Part shown: positions 1 to 8,174 of the stretch, piece after piece
Layout of the letters: each line of letters begins with the position of its first letter
How positions within the stretch are numbered: the first letter of the stretch is position 1
From: Bacteroidota bacterium
GTDB lineage: Bacteria; Bacteroidota; Bacteroidia; Bacteroidales; WCHB1-69
Reading direction: 5' to 3'
DNA length: 64,000 nucleotides
Assembly (NCBI GenBank): GCA_023413895.1
Contig: JAEZOU010000003.1
Location: 148,265-212,264 of the forward strand
Translations under genes and position numbers: made by a program
The notes under the pieces: model-generated
Seen by the model: only the letters and a program-made list of their open reading frames with translations
Database searches by the model: none
What the model was told of the DNA's origin: nothing

Positions 1-65
1 GGGCAGTAGAAGCGCCAAAATAATAAAAAGATAGACTAAGGGAAAAGATCCTATCGTCATTTGAG

Positions 66-632
66 TTAATTTCGGTTTACCAATACCTCTTTATAGTTTG
101 AGGAGTTATCAAAAGCAATTTCATTCAAAACCACTCTCAACGGCGAAATGCGCACTTCGGATTGTTGTTGATTATAACGATCTGATGCATTGAACATTTG
201 AAGATAGAAATCACCTGAAAATTGTTGTTCCTCATTATCTACTTCTTCAATCTTCAAACAACCAGAATGTACCCACCAATCGCCATGTTGTTCGTAACCA
301 TCGCTCACCTCTTGCGTTTCGTAATATTCAATAAAACGAACTGCATTAGGATTTGCCATGATATTATAATCATACTCATTCACCAATTGGTCATTCTCTT
401 TTAATTCAATTTGCAAATAGAGATAAGGCATTTGGAAAGGCTCATTTTTAAAAGCATATAGACTTAACAAGCTATCGTTATGCACCGTAATGTAGTGAGA
501 TGCCGTCCAAGGTTCCTCATTCGCCCAAAAGATAGTTACCCCTTTACCATATTTTTCTGGGTCATCAATTTTATTGCATGCAGTTCCTAATAAAACCACA
601 AAAGAAATAATCACAAACAATTTTAATTTCAT
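66..632 (-). CDS. Putative lipoprotein, unknown function
   Basis: 188-aa ORF. The N-terminal signal peptide ends in a lipobox-like LLGTAC. It is the last gene of the minus-strand string led by kdsA, 16 nt from the upstream ORF. Confidence 0.6.
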   Translation of the reverse strand: MKLKLFVIISFVVLLGTACNKIDDPEKYGKGVTIFWANEEPWTASHYITVHNDSLLSLYAFKNEPFQMPYLYLQIELKENDQLVNEYDYNIMANPNAVRFIEYYETQEVSDGYEQHGDWWVHSGCLKIEEVDNEEQQFSGDFYLQMFNASDRYNQQQSEVRISPLRVVLNEIAFDNSSNYKEVLVNRN

Positions 633-648
633 ATCATTAAATTTTACA

Positions 649-2724
649 TTATTCTACTTCTTCACTAACAGTCAAACCAAAGTCAAAAATCACTTTCCCC
701 TTTTTAGGCTTCACACCTTCATTTGAAATCTTCATAATTCGATCTGTACCAACTCCTTGGGATTCAAAATAATGGGTCAACATTATAAATTTTTCCTGTT
801 CTGCTGCCATCAACTGCTCTGCCATTTGTAGAGAATCTGTTGAATATTGGACGATGGATTGCTCATCTAAAACTACAGCAACATTAAGATTCATCTGCTC
901 CTTTTCTTTCATAAACTCCATAATATTATTGAGTTTTGCATAATCAGCAGCGCTAAACTCAGTAGTTTCCATTGGAAGCTCCATATTAGCAAAAATACTT
1001 TGGTTCTCTTCGGTTGCATTGACAATAAAATTAATAGGAGACGTAACAACTTTTACCAAAAAATTGGTCAAAACCTTCATAATTGCCTTTTTGAAAGAAA
1101 ATTGAGGTGAAGCAATATTTCCTTCGACAGGCAATTCAATATCTACACGACCTTTTCTATCGGTTAACACATATAAAGCTGCACGTAAAGGAATTTTAAA
1201 TTCTGGTTCAAGATCTTTAATCTTCTTATCGACTTTACAATTATACATCTGTAAGTAGTTGTTACTTTGCAACATATTTTCTACAATTGAGTTCTCACTC
1301 TTGAAATTGAGCAAACCATCGAGGATTGGGTGTGCGGTAAAGTGGACGCAATAGGGAGAGAAATCGCCCATTCGTAGATCCTTAATATTCAAGGTTATAT
1401 CTTGTGTGGAAAAATCGGAAACTTTTCCATGCCAAAGAGCTTCTAAAATTCCACCTTCACCAACAATCGCACTAAGCTGTACTGAAGACTTTTTATTAAG
1501 CGCAAATTGTGAAGATACAATATTAATATTACGAATAGGAAGTGCGAATTCCTGTTTTAGTGTTCTATCCGTATAGGTTATTGTAGATGATTTTACTTCA
1601 AAACGTTCAATAATCAAATTAGCCTTAGTATGTTGGGAAGGTTCCACCACAATATTCGTATCCAATTCTACTTCAACATCTGTTGATTGTGCAACCTGAT
1701 TATCGTCATAAGAATTTTCGATTGTATCATTTGGGGTTGTGTCTGAGAAAAGCGCCAAGGTTGAGTATTCTGGTTCCACCAAATAATCCACATTCAAACC
1801 AGAAATTGTCATATTATTCAAATGATATAGGTTCTTTTTCAAGTCAATATTATTAACATCGACAAGAATTTGTTCAACAGAAGCGACATGTTCATTCTTC
1901 ATTCCTTTAGCAGTAAGTTTATCCAATTGCAACGAGCCCATTATCGTCAAATCTAAGATATGTTCTATCGAACCCTCGACCTTTAGGGTGGTTGTCAGAT
2001 TGCCTGCGAAATCAGAAATTTTAACCATATCCAAAAGGTAAGGTTTCAAAATTTCCAATCCCAAATTACAGATTTTCAAGTCCATTTTATATTTACCAGC
2101 TTGCAAATCGTATCCCATTTTCAAGGTAAAATCACCTCCATTTTCAAATTCAAAATGAACATCGGCATCGGAATTTTTTCCACCAAAATAAAGTTCAGGG
2201 ATTGCCAACGAAAGATCTTTCATTCCTACATAACTATCTTTAACAGCATCTTTGTAGGCAAAATGTCCATTTTCCAAAGAGATTTTTCTCAAAAGTACAG
2301 TCCAGTTTGAGTTCTTCTTCTCTTGGGGTTCCGCTTCATCTGAGGAGAAGTGGTCAAGGATATCGGTAAAATTAAATCTATCACCATTTTGAATAATATC
2401 AGCATCAGGTTTTACCAATTTTACTTCAGTAAGTTTCACCTCCTTTGCCAACAATTTCATCAAAGAAATATTGATTTTCAATTCATCAAAAGTAAGGAAC
2501 TCCTCTTTTTCATTCTCTTCGAGCATTTGAAAACCCTTAATTTTCAGTACACCTCGAAAGAGATTTAGATTCAGTTTGTCAATTTTCACTACTCGATGAC
2601 AAATCTCTTTACTATGTTTTTCGATATATGACTTTGCAATTGGGCCTGCCAATAGTGACAACAGAATCAGCACACCGACAATAGTTCCCAATGTTATTCC
2701 TAGTATCTTCAAAACCTTTTTCAT
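649..2724 (-). CDS. DUF748 / AsmA-like envelope protein with N-terminal membrane anchor
   Basis: 691-aa ORF with one N-terminal TM (ILGITLGTIVGVLILLSLLAG). The following repetitive beta-rich sequence resembles DUF748/AsmA-like family members. It overlaps the upstream gene by 4 nt. Family call is by eye only. Confidence 0.55.
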   Translation of the reverse strand: MKKVLKILGITLGTIVGVLILLSLLAGPIAKSYIEKHSKEICHRVVKIDKLNLNLFRGVLKIKGFQMLEENEKEEFLTFDELKINISLMKLLAKEVKLTEVKLVKPDADIIQNGDRFNFTDILDHFSSDEAEPQEKKNSNWTVLLRKISLENGHFAYKDAVKDSYVGMKDLSLAIPELYFGGKNSDADVHFEFENGGDFTLKMGYDLQAGKYKMDLKICNLGLEILKPYLLDMVKISDFAGNLTTTLKVEGSIEHILDLTIMGSLQLDKLTAKGMKNEHVASVEQILVDVNNIDLKKNLYHLNNMTISGLNVDYLVEPEYSTLALFSDTTPNDTIENSYDDNQVAQSTDVEVELDTNIVVEPSQHTKANLIIERFEVKSSTITYTDRTLKQEFALPIRNINIVSSQFALNKKSSVQLSAIVGEGGILEALWHGKVSDFSTQDITLNIKDLRMGDFSPYCVHFTAHPILDGLLNFKSENSIVENMLQSNNYLQMYNCKVDKKIKDLEPEFKIPLRAALYVLTDRKGRVDIELPVEGNIASPQFSFKKAIMKVLTNFLVKVVTSPINFIVNATEENQSIFANMELPMETTEFSAADYAKLNNIMEFMKEKEQMNLNVAVVLDEQSIVQYSTDSLQMAEQLMAAEQEKFIMLTHYFESQGVGTDRIMKISNEGVKPKKGKVIFDFGLTVSEEVE

Positions 2725-4742
2725 AGCTGCAATTTTTCTTTTATTTCCTCTGTCTTTTGATTATTTCCCATTGATTGGTACAATTTAAGCAGATTTAGCA
2801 AAACATTTTTATTATTCGGATCCAAGCTAAGTGCCTGATTTAGGTAGGACAAAGCTTCCATATTTTTACCTTCAATAGCATATGAAACGCCGATATTTTC
2901 TAAAGCAGAAAAGTGTTTTGGATTGATTTCCAAAACCTTAAAAAGATATACTCGCGCACTATCTAATTGTCCAAAATATTGACCCCAAATTTTACCTTTC
3001 ATATTCAATGCATCTTCGTGCAAGGGATTTTGTTTCAACACCTCATCAACTTCTTGCCATGCATCTTGTACTCTATTCGTTTCCAGCATTTGATTTATTT
3101 TCCTCACAAAATCATTTCCTAATGCCACTTGAGCAGCCTGCATGTTTTTTCGTGCAACAGCATCATCTGGAAAGAATTCTGTCATTTTATGATAATAGTA
3201 CAACGACTTTTCGTAATCTTGTTTTACATAATAAAGTTCCCCCATCAGCATCAGCGCATTGTATGCCGTTGGCTCCAACGTAAGCGCTTGGGTAAGATAT
3301 TTCTCTGCATTTCTAAAGTGTGTAATCTTTTTATCTTTTTTATAGAGTTGCAGATAACTTCCTCCAGCAGAAATATTACACTTAATACTATTAGCTGAAA
3401 CTTTCACATCTGTAGTAAAAAGTGTAATATCATCTTTCCATACTAAATTGCGTGCAAAACTTTTTGCACTATACCCTATCATAATAATAATCAACAAGAT
3501 AGGAATAAACCTATTCAAATTAAAATTTTCATCAAGTTTTTGGAAGAGGTATGCCAAGGCCAAAACAAAACCCAATAAAGGAACAAACAAAAATCGTTCA
3601 TTCATTAATGTTCCCACTGGAAACAGGAGATTAGAAGTAATAGAGAAAGTAATTGCAAAGAAAAGCACCGAGTATGCAAGTACTTTATTCTTTTTTATAT
3701 TTAAAACACTCCAAATCAATAGAATAACAAAAGAAATAAGGAGAATAATAACCACAGGATTTGAGAAATTAGTAATTTCGATTTGATGTGGATAGTAATC
3801 GTGGGTAAGTGGGTGAGGGAAAACCATCAACTTCAGATAAACGCCCCAAGTTAACAGAACCGTTGCTAAGCGTTCGCCAATGGAGCAATTTAGAAAAGGA
3901 TTATTCAAAATATTGTTAGTAGTATCTTCTACCATAAAAGCTCCGAGTACTCTTTGACGTACAACTAAAAAGATTGCGACGGCCGCAAGAATTGGGAGTT
4001 CTGTTGCTACATAATCTTTCCAGGAAAGCTTATTGTCGCTAATTAAGAGCGAAAGAGGTATAACGGCTACAAAGACTATTGCATTTTCTTTAGAGAAAAG
4101 GGCAAAAGTCATTGTAAAAAAGGCTAATAGTAGATGATAATATTGGTGTGAGTCCGCGTACTTCAAGCAGAAATAGAGTGCTGCTACAGCACCAAGCATT
4201 GAAAAAATTTCATCACGACCTTTAATATTTGCAACGGCTTCTGTATGGAGAGGATGCAATGCGAAGAGCAATGCTGTTATAAAGGGAATCGAACGCCACC
4301 ATTTGTCGGAATCATACTTTTGAAAAAGGATCTTTAGCACAACAAAAATCAACAACACTAACAGGGCATAGTAGAGCAAATTAAACAAGTGACTGATAAT
4401 AGGCAGATGAGAATCAGAGAAGAGTTGTTCATTTTGTAGTGAGCGTTTTCCCTCGATTTTTGATTTTAGATTACCACCAAACAACTCATATTCAATTGCG
4501 AACGTTGATTGGGCAAGTGGGCGATAGCGTCCACCTGCAACCATATTCTTACTATCCGTAAAGAAACCAGAAAAGGAATCTGTAGTAAAAATATCTTTTA
4601 AACCTTTCCAACCCTTTAGCGTATATTCGTTCTCGTATATTAGAAGTCTATCATCTAAAGCATAATCCAATACAAGGGTGTTTGCGTAGGTTAGCAGTAC
4701 AACAATTAGCAGAACAAGATGACGAATATACCTTTTCAGCAT
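2721..4742 (-). CDS. TMTC-like GT-C membrane glycosyltransferase (DUF1736-type) with C-terminal TPR repeats
   Basis: 673-aa ORF. It has an N-terminal TM followed by the loop motif LDYALDDRLLIYENEY, which matches the hxDDxxxIxxN signature of TMTC/DUF1736 proteins. About 10 hydrophobic segments follow, and the C-terminal ~230 aa are TPR-like repeats (YNALMLMGELYY, ALENIGVSYA, ALSYLNQALSLDP). Confidence 0.6.
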   Translation of the reverse strand: MLKRYIRHLVLLIVVLLTYANTLVLDYALDDRLLIYENEYTLKGWKGLKDIFTTDSFSGFFTDSKNMVAGGRYRPLAQSTFAIEYELFGGNLKSKIEGKRSLQNEQLFSDSHLPIISHLFNLLYYALLVLLIFVVLKILFQKYDSDKWWRSIPFITALLFALHPLHTEAVANIKGRDEIFSMLGAVAALYFCLKYADSHQYYHLLLAFFTMTFALFSKENAIVFVAVIPLSLLISDNKLSWKDYVATELPILAAVAIFLVVRQRVLGAFMVEDTTNNILNNPFLNCSIGERLATVLLTWGVYLKLMVFPHPLTHDYYPHQIEITNFSNPVVIILLISFVILLIWSVLNIKKNKVLAYSVLFFAITFSITSNLLFPVGTLMNERFLFVPLLGFVLALAYLFQKLDENFNLNRFIPILLIIIMIGYSAKSFARNLVWKDDITLFTTDVKVSANSIKCNISAGGSYLQLYKKDKKITHFRNAEKYLTQALTLEPTAYNALMLMGELYYVKQDYEKSLYYYHKMTEFFPDDAVARKNMQAAQVALGNDFVRKINQMLETNRVQDAWQEVDEVLKQNPLHEDALNMKGKIWGQYFGQLDSARVYLFKVLEINPKHFSALENIGVSYAIEGKNMEALSYLNQALSLDPNNKNVLLNLLKLYQSMGNNQKTEEIKEKLQL

Positions 4743-4747
4743 ACGGA

Positions 4748-5539
4748 TTACACGATTGCATTTCTAATTTTAAGCAACTTAATAAGAAGTTCTTCTAATT
4801 GACTCAATGGCAACATATTTGCGCCATCGGACAGAGCATTTTGAGGATTTGGATGCGTTTCCATAAATAGGCCATCGAATCCAACAGCAATACCTGCTTT
4901 TGCGATGGTTTCAATCAATTCTGGTTGACCTCCAGTAACTCCAGAACTTTGGTTAGGGCGTTGCAATGAGTGTGTACAATCCAAAACAACAGGGCACTGA
5001 TTGCTTTTCAGCTCGTGAATTCCTCTAAAATCCACAATCAAATCTTGGTATCCGAAGGAAGTGCCTCTTTCGGTTATCATCACTTGGTGATTGCCCGTAA
5101 CACGCACTTTTTCCACTGCAAAACGCATTACATCGGGAGCAAGGAATTGTCCTTTTTTTATATTGACAACCTTACCTGTTTTAGCCGCAGCAGTAATCAA
5201 TTCAGTTTGACGACAAAGGAAAGCAGGAATTTGCAAAACATCTGCAACTTCAGCAACTTTTTCCACTTCATCTACTGCGTGTACATCCGTAACAATTGGC
5301 AAATCTAACTCATTTTTCACCTTAGCCAATACAGCTAAAGCCTCATCGTCACCAATACCTGTAAAAGAGTATAGGGAAGAGCGATTGGCTTTCTTATACG
5401 AAGCTTTAAAGAAAAAGTGGATTTGCAGACGTTGTGCTATTTCTGAAATTTTGCGCGCTATTTCCATTGTAATTCCCTCATTTTCAACAACACAGGGACC
5501 TGCAATAAGGAAAAAATTTTTATTATCGTAAGTAATCAT
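4748..5539 (-). CDS. kdsA: 3-deoxy-8-phosphooctulonate synthase (KDO-8-P synthase)
   Basis: Motifs FFLIAGPCVVENE, FKASYKKANRSS and DCTHSLQ are typical of KdsA. The start is set at the internal ATG (5539) because a TAnnTTTG -7 box (5560-5567) lies inside the longer ORF that reaches 5593. Confidence 0.9.
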   Translation of the reverse strand: MITYDNKNFFLIAGPCVVENEGITMEIARKISEIAQRLQIHFFFKASYKKANRSSLYSFTGIGDDEALAVLAKVKNELDLPIVTDVHAVDEVEKVAEVADVLQIPAFLCRQTELITAAAKTGKVVNIKKGQFLAPDVMRFAVEKVRVTGNHQVMITERGTSFGYQDLIVDFRGIHELKSNQCPVVLDCTHSLQRPNQSSGVTGGQPELIETIAKAGIAVGFDGLFMETHPNPQNALSDGANMLPLSQLEELLIKLLKIRNAIV

Positions 5540-5559
5540 TCCATTAAAATTTAAGCAAG

Positions 5560-5567
5560 CAAAAATA
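5560..5567 (-). promoter_or_regulatory. Bacteroidota -7 promoter box (TATTTTTG on minus strand) for the kdsA string
   Basis: The plus strand reads CAAAAATA, which is TAnnTTTG on the minus strand. It lies 21 nt upstream of the ATG at 5539. Confidence 0.55.
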
Positions 5568-5668
5568 TAGTATTTTTCGACATCTACATACAAAAAAGCA
5601 AAGAAACTTAATCGTTTATAACCTTTTCAAAAAGATAAAAAAGAAAATTTTTATTAGAAAAAAAGTTT

Positions 5669-5676
5669 TATCTTTG
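5669..5676 (+). promoter_or_regulatory. Bacteroidota -7 promoter box (TATCTTTG) for tsaC-coaD-tlpA-like
   Basis: TATCTTTG lies 24 nt upstream of the ATG at 5700 and is divergent from the kdsA promoter. Confidence 0.55.
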
Positions 5677-5699
5677 CAAGTTGGAAAATATTATTTCTT

Positions 5700-6263
5700 A
5701 TGGAGCAAGAGATTCAAAAATGTGTAGAATTACTAAACGAAGGGAAAGTGATTCTATACCCTACTGACACCATTTGGGGGATAGGGTGTGATGCCACCAA
5801 TGAGGAGGCTATTAATCGGATATACGAAATTAAACAACGGCAAGCGAGCAAGAGTATGATTATTCTTGTTGATCGCAGCGACCGAATACCATTGTATGTT
5901 TCAAAAATTCCGCTTGTAGCTTGGGATCTCATCAACAAATCAAGCAGGCCCACAACCTATATCTATCCTACAGCACGCAATCTTCCACAACAAATCATAC
6001 ATTCGGATGGTAGCATTGCTATTCGAGTAGTGAAGAACCCGTTCTGTAGAAAATTAATTGGCCGTTTGGGTCGCCCTATTATCTCGACTTCCGCCAACAT
6101 TTCTACGGAACCATCACCCAATAGTTTCCGCGATATTTCTGAAAGTATTGTCAATCAGATGGATTACATTGTTCCAGAAAAGTTTGATAGTAGCTGTACT
6201 TTCAAAGCATCGCGACTTATTAAGTTTATGGACGACTACAACTTCATCATTTTACGAGATTAG
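5700..6263 (+). CDS. tsaC: L-threonylcarbamoyladenylate synthase (TsaC/YrdC family)
   Basis: 187 aa. The motifs ILYPTDTIWGIGCDA and ISTSANIS match the YrdC/Sua5 domain. Confidence 0.85.
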   Translation: MEQEIQKCVELLNEGKVILYPTDTIWGIGCDATNEEAINRIYEIKQRQASKSMIILVDRSDRIPLYVSKIPLVAWDLINKSSRPTTYIYPTARNLPQQIIHSDGSIAIRVVKNPFCRKLIGRLGRPIISTSANISTEPSPNSFRDISESIVNQMDYIVPEKFDSSCTFKASRLIKFMDDYNFIILRD

Positions 6264-6265
6264 AA

Positions 6266-6721
6266 ATGAAAATTGCATTATTTCCGGGTTCATTTGATCC
6301 CATAACGTTAGGACACGAAAATATTATTCATCGTGCATTACCGCTTTTTGACAAAATTATTATCGGTATAGGTATTAATAGCGAAAAAAAATCTCTTTTC
6401 CCTATTGAGCACCGAATTCAATTTATAGAACAATGCTTAGGGAATAATCCCAAGATTGAAATTTGCAGTTATGATGATCTTACTGGCAGATTTTGTCAAA
6501 AAAACGGCATTAATTTTTTGATACGTGGAATTCGTAATTCCATTGATTTTCAATATGAGAATGACATTGCACGTGCCAACAAAGAGATTTTTGGAATAGA
6601 AACTATTTTCTTTGCAACTGATGGAGAATGCGCCCATATCTCCTCATCGCTTGTACGAGAAATATATTGTAACGAAGGTGAATATCAAAGATATATACCA
6701 AAAAATGTAATTTTGCGTTAG
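6266..6721 (+). CDS. coaD: Phosphopantetheine adenylyltransferase
   Basis: 151 aa. It has the nucleotidyltransferase motif GSFDPITLGHENII and ISSSLVRE near the C-terminus. There is a 2-nt gap after tsaC. Confidence 0.92.
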   Translation: MKIALFPGSFDPITLGHENIIHRALPLFDKIIIGIGINSEKKSLFPIEHRIQFIEQCLGNNPKIEICSYDDLTGRFCQKNGINFLIRGIRNSIDFQYENDIARANKEIFGIETIFFATDGECAHISSSLVREIYCNEGEYQRYIPKNVILR

Positions 6722-6728
6722 TTTTAGC

Positions 6729-8174
6729 ATGATAAGAGTACTAATTTGTTTTTTTGCAATCACATTTTCCACACTTTTGTATGGGCAAAAGGAGCGTGAA
6801 GTTGTAATTGAAGGAAAAGCAACTTTTGCTTCGAACAGCAAAATTCGAATTACTACTTTTAGCGATTATATTACTTGGCAACCGCAAGAAACGGCAGTAG
6901 GGAAGATTGACAAAAACGGAGATTTTAAACTTTCTTTCAAACTCAAGCAGATTTCGTTAGTACAAATCTCAATTTTACGGTCGAAAGCAGAGTTTTTTGT
7001 TTCACCAGGATATTCCTACAACTTTCAAATTGATATGGACTCTTTGGGGCACCAAAGTTTTGACCCGACGATACAAAATCAGTACTTAAAAATTTCAGTT
7101 ACTGAAATTGATACAAATGATATCAATCTAAAAATCAATCACTTCAATAATCGATTAGATGAAATTTTAGCGCCTTACGCTTACGATATTATGCGATATA
7201 ATGATGTAACCGCATTTGATAGTGTTTGTGCACAAGTTGCGCAAGAATTTCCAATTCTCCACAATCCTGACAACTACTACCATTCCTACATCTTCTACTC
7301 CTTAGCTAACATTGAAAGAATTATCTATAAAAAATCTCCTAAAAAAATATATGCCAAATATTTAGATAACGACTATATTCTTTATAATAATCCTGCATAT
7401 ATGGATTTTTTTAATGGATTTTATGATAATTATCTATATAATTCTCCTCGAATTAAGAAAAGCGATTTGGAGCAAAACATCAATATCGAGCCTAATTACA
7501 ATGCACTTTTCAATGCGATAGGCAAGGATTTTCTATTGGTCAACGAACGATTGCGTGAATTTGTGATTATCAAGAATTTAGGACAATTTCTAGGAAATGA
7601 AGAATTCGATGCAGGCAACGTATTAAAACTTTTGGAATATATTGAAACAACGACACACTTTCCTGAACATAAGATATTCATTTTCAATATTATACAAAAA
7701 TACAAAAAAGAAAATTATCGAGTAGAAACTCCTAATTTCATTTTCAAAACTCCTAAAGGTAGCGATTTTAGATTTAGCAAACTGAATGGTAAACCTGTGT
7801 ATGTACAAGTTTTCCGCACCGATTGTCCAGATTGCATTCGAGAGATGAAACTTATTGAAGAATTGAAGAAAACATACGATGAAAAAATAGAATTTGTTAG
7901 TATATCTGTTGATTACGACATTACAAAATTTGAAAAATTTCGACTTAGTTACCCTGAATTTGATTGGACCTTTGTCCATTTCAACGACCAATATAGTTGG
8001 ATGGATTATTTTGAAATCAACAGTTTACCTGAGTATTATTTACTTTCAGAAGATGGAAATATGATGCAACGTTACGCTCCAGCTCCTACGAAAGGACTTT
8101 CACAATATTTGCAAATGCACTTCTACGAAGAGGAAGATGTTCCTGAAAATCCTATGTTTCAGCAGAGAAATTAA
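6729..8174 (+). CDS. Secreted TlpA-like thiol-disulfide oxidoreductase with a large N-terminal domain
   Basis: 481 aa with a signal peptide (MIRVLICFFAITFSTLLYGQ). The C-terminal ~130 aa look thioredoxin-fold, with a CPDC active-site motif (FRTDCPDCIREM). Confidence 0.65.
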   Translation: MIRVLICFFAITFSTLLYGQKEREVVIEGKATFASNSKIRITTFSDYITWQPQETAVGKIDKNGDFKLSFKLKQISLVQISILRSKAEFFVSPGYSYNFQIDMDSLGHQSFDPTIQNQYLKISVTEIDTNDINLKINHFNNRLDEILAPYAYDIMRYNDVTAFDSVCAQVAQEFPILHNPDNYYHSYIFYSLANIERIIYKKSPKKIYAKYLDNDYILYNNPAYMDFFNGFYDNYLYNSPRIKKSDLEQNINIEPNYNALFNAIGKDFLLVNERLREFVIIKNLGQFLGNEEFDAGNVLKLLEYIETTTHFPEHKIFIFNIIQKYKKENYRVETPNFIFKTPKGSDFRFSKLNGKPVYVQVFRTDCPDCIREMKLIEELKKTYDEKIEFVSISVDYDITKFEKFRLSYPEFDWTFVHFNDQYSWMDYFEINSLPEYYLLSEDGNMMQRYAPAPTKGLSQYLQMHFYEEEDVPENPMFQQRN

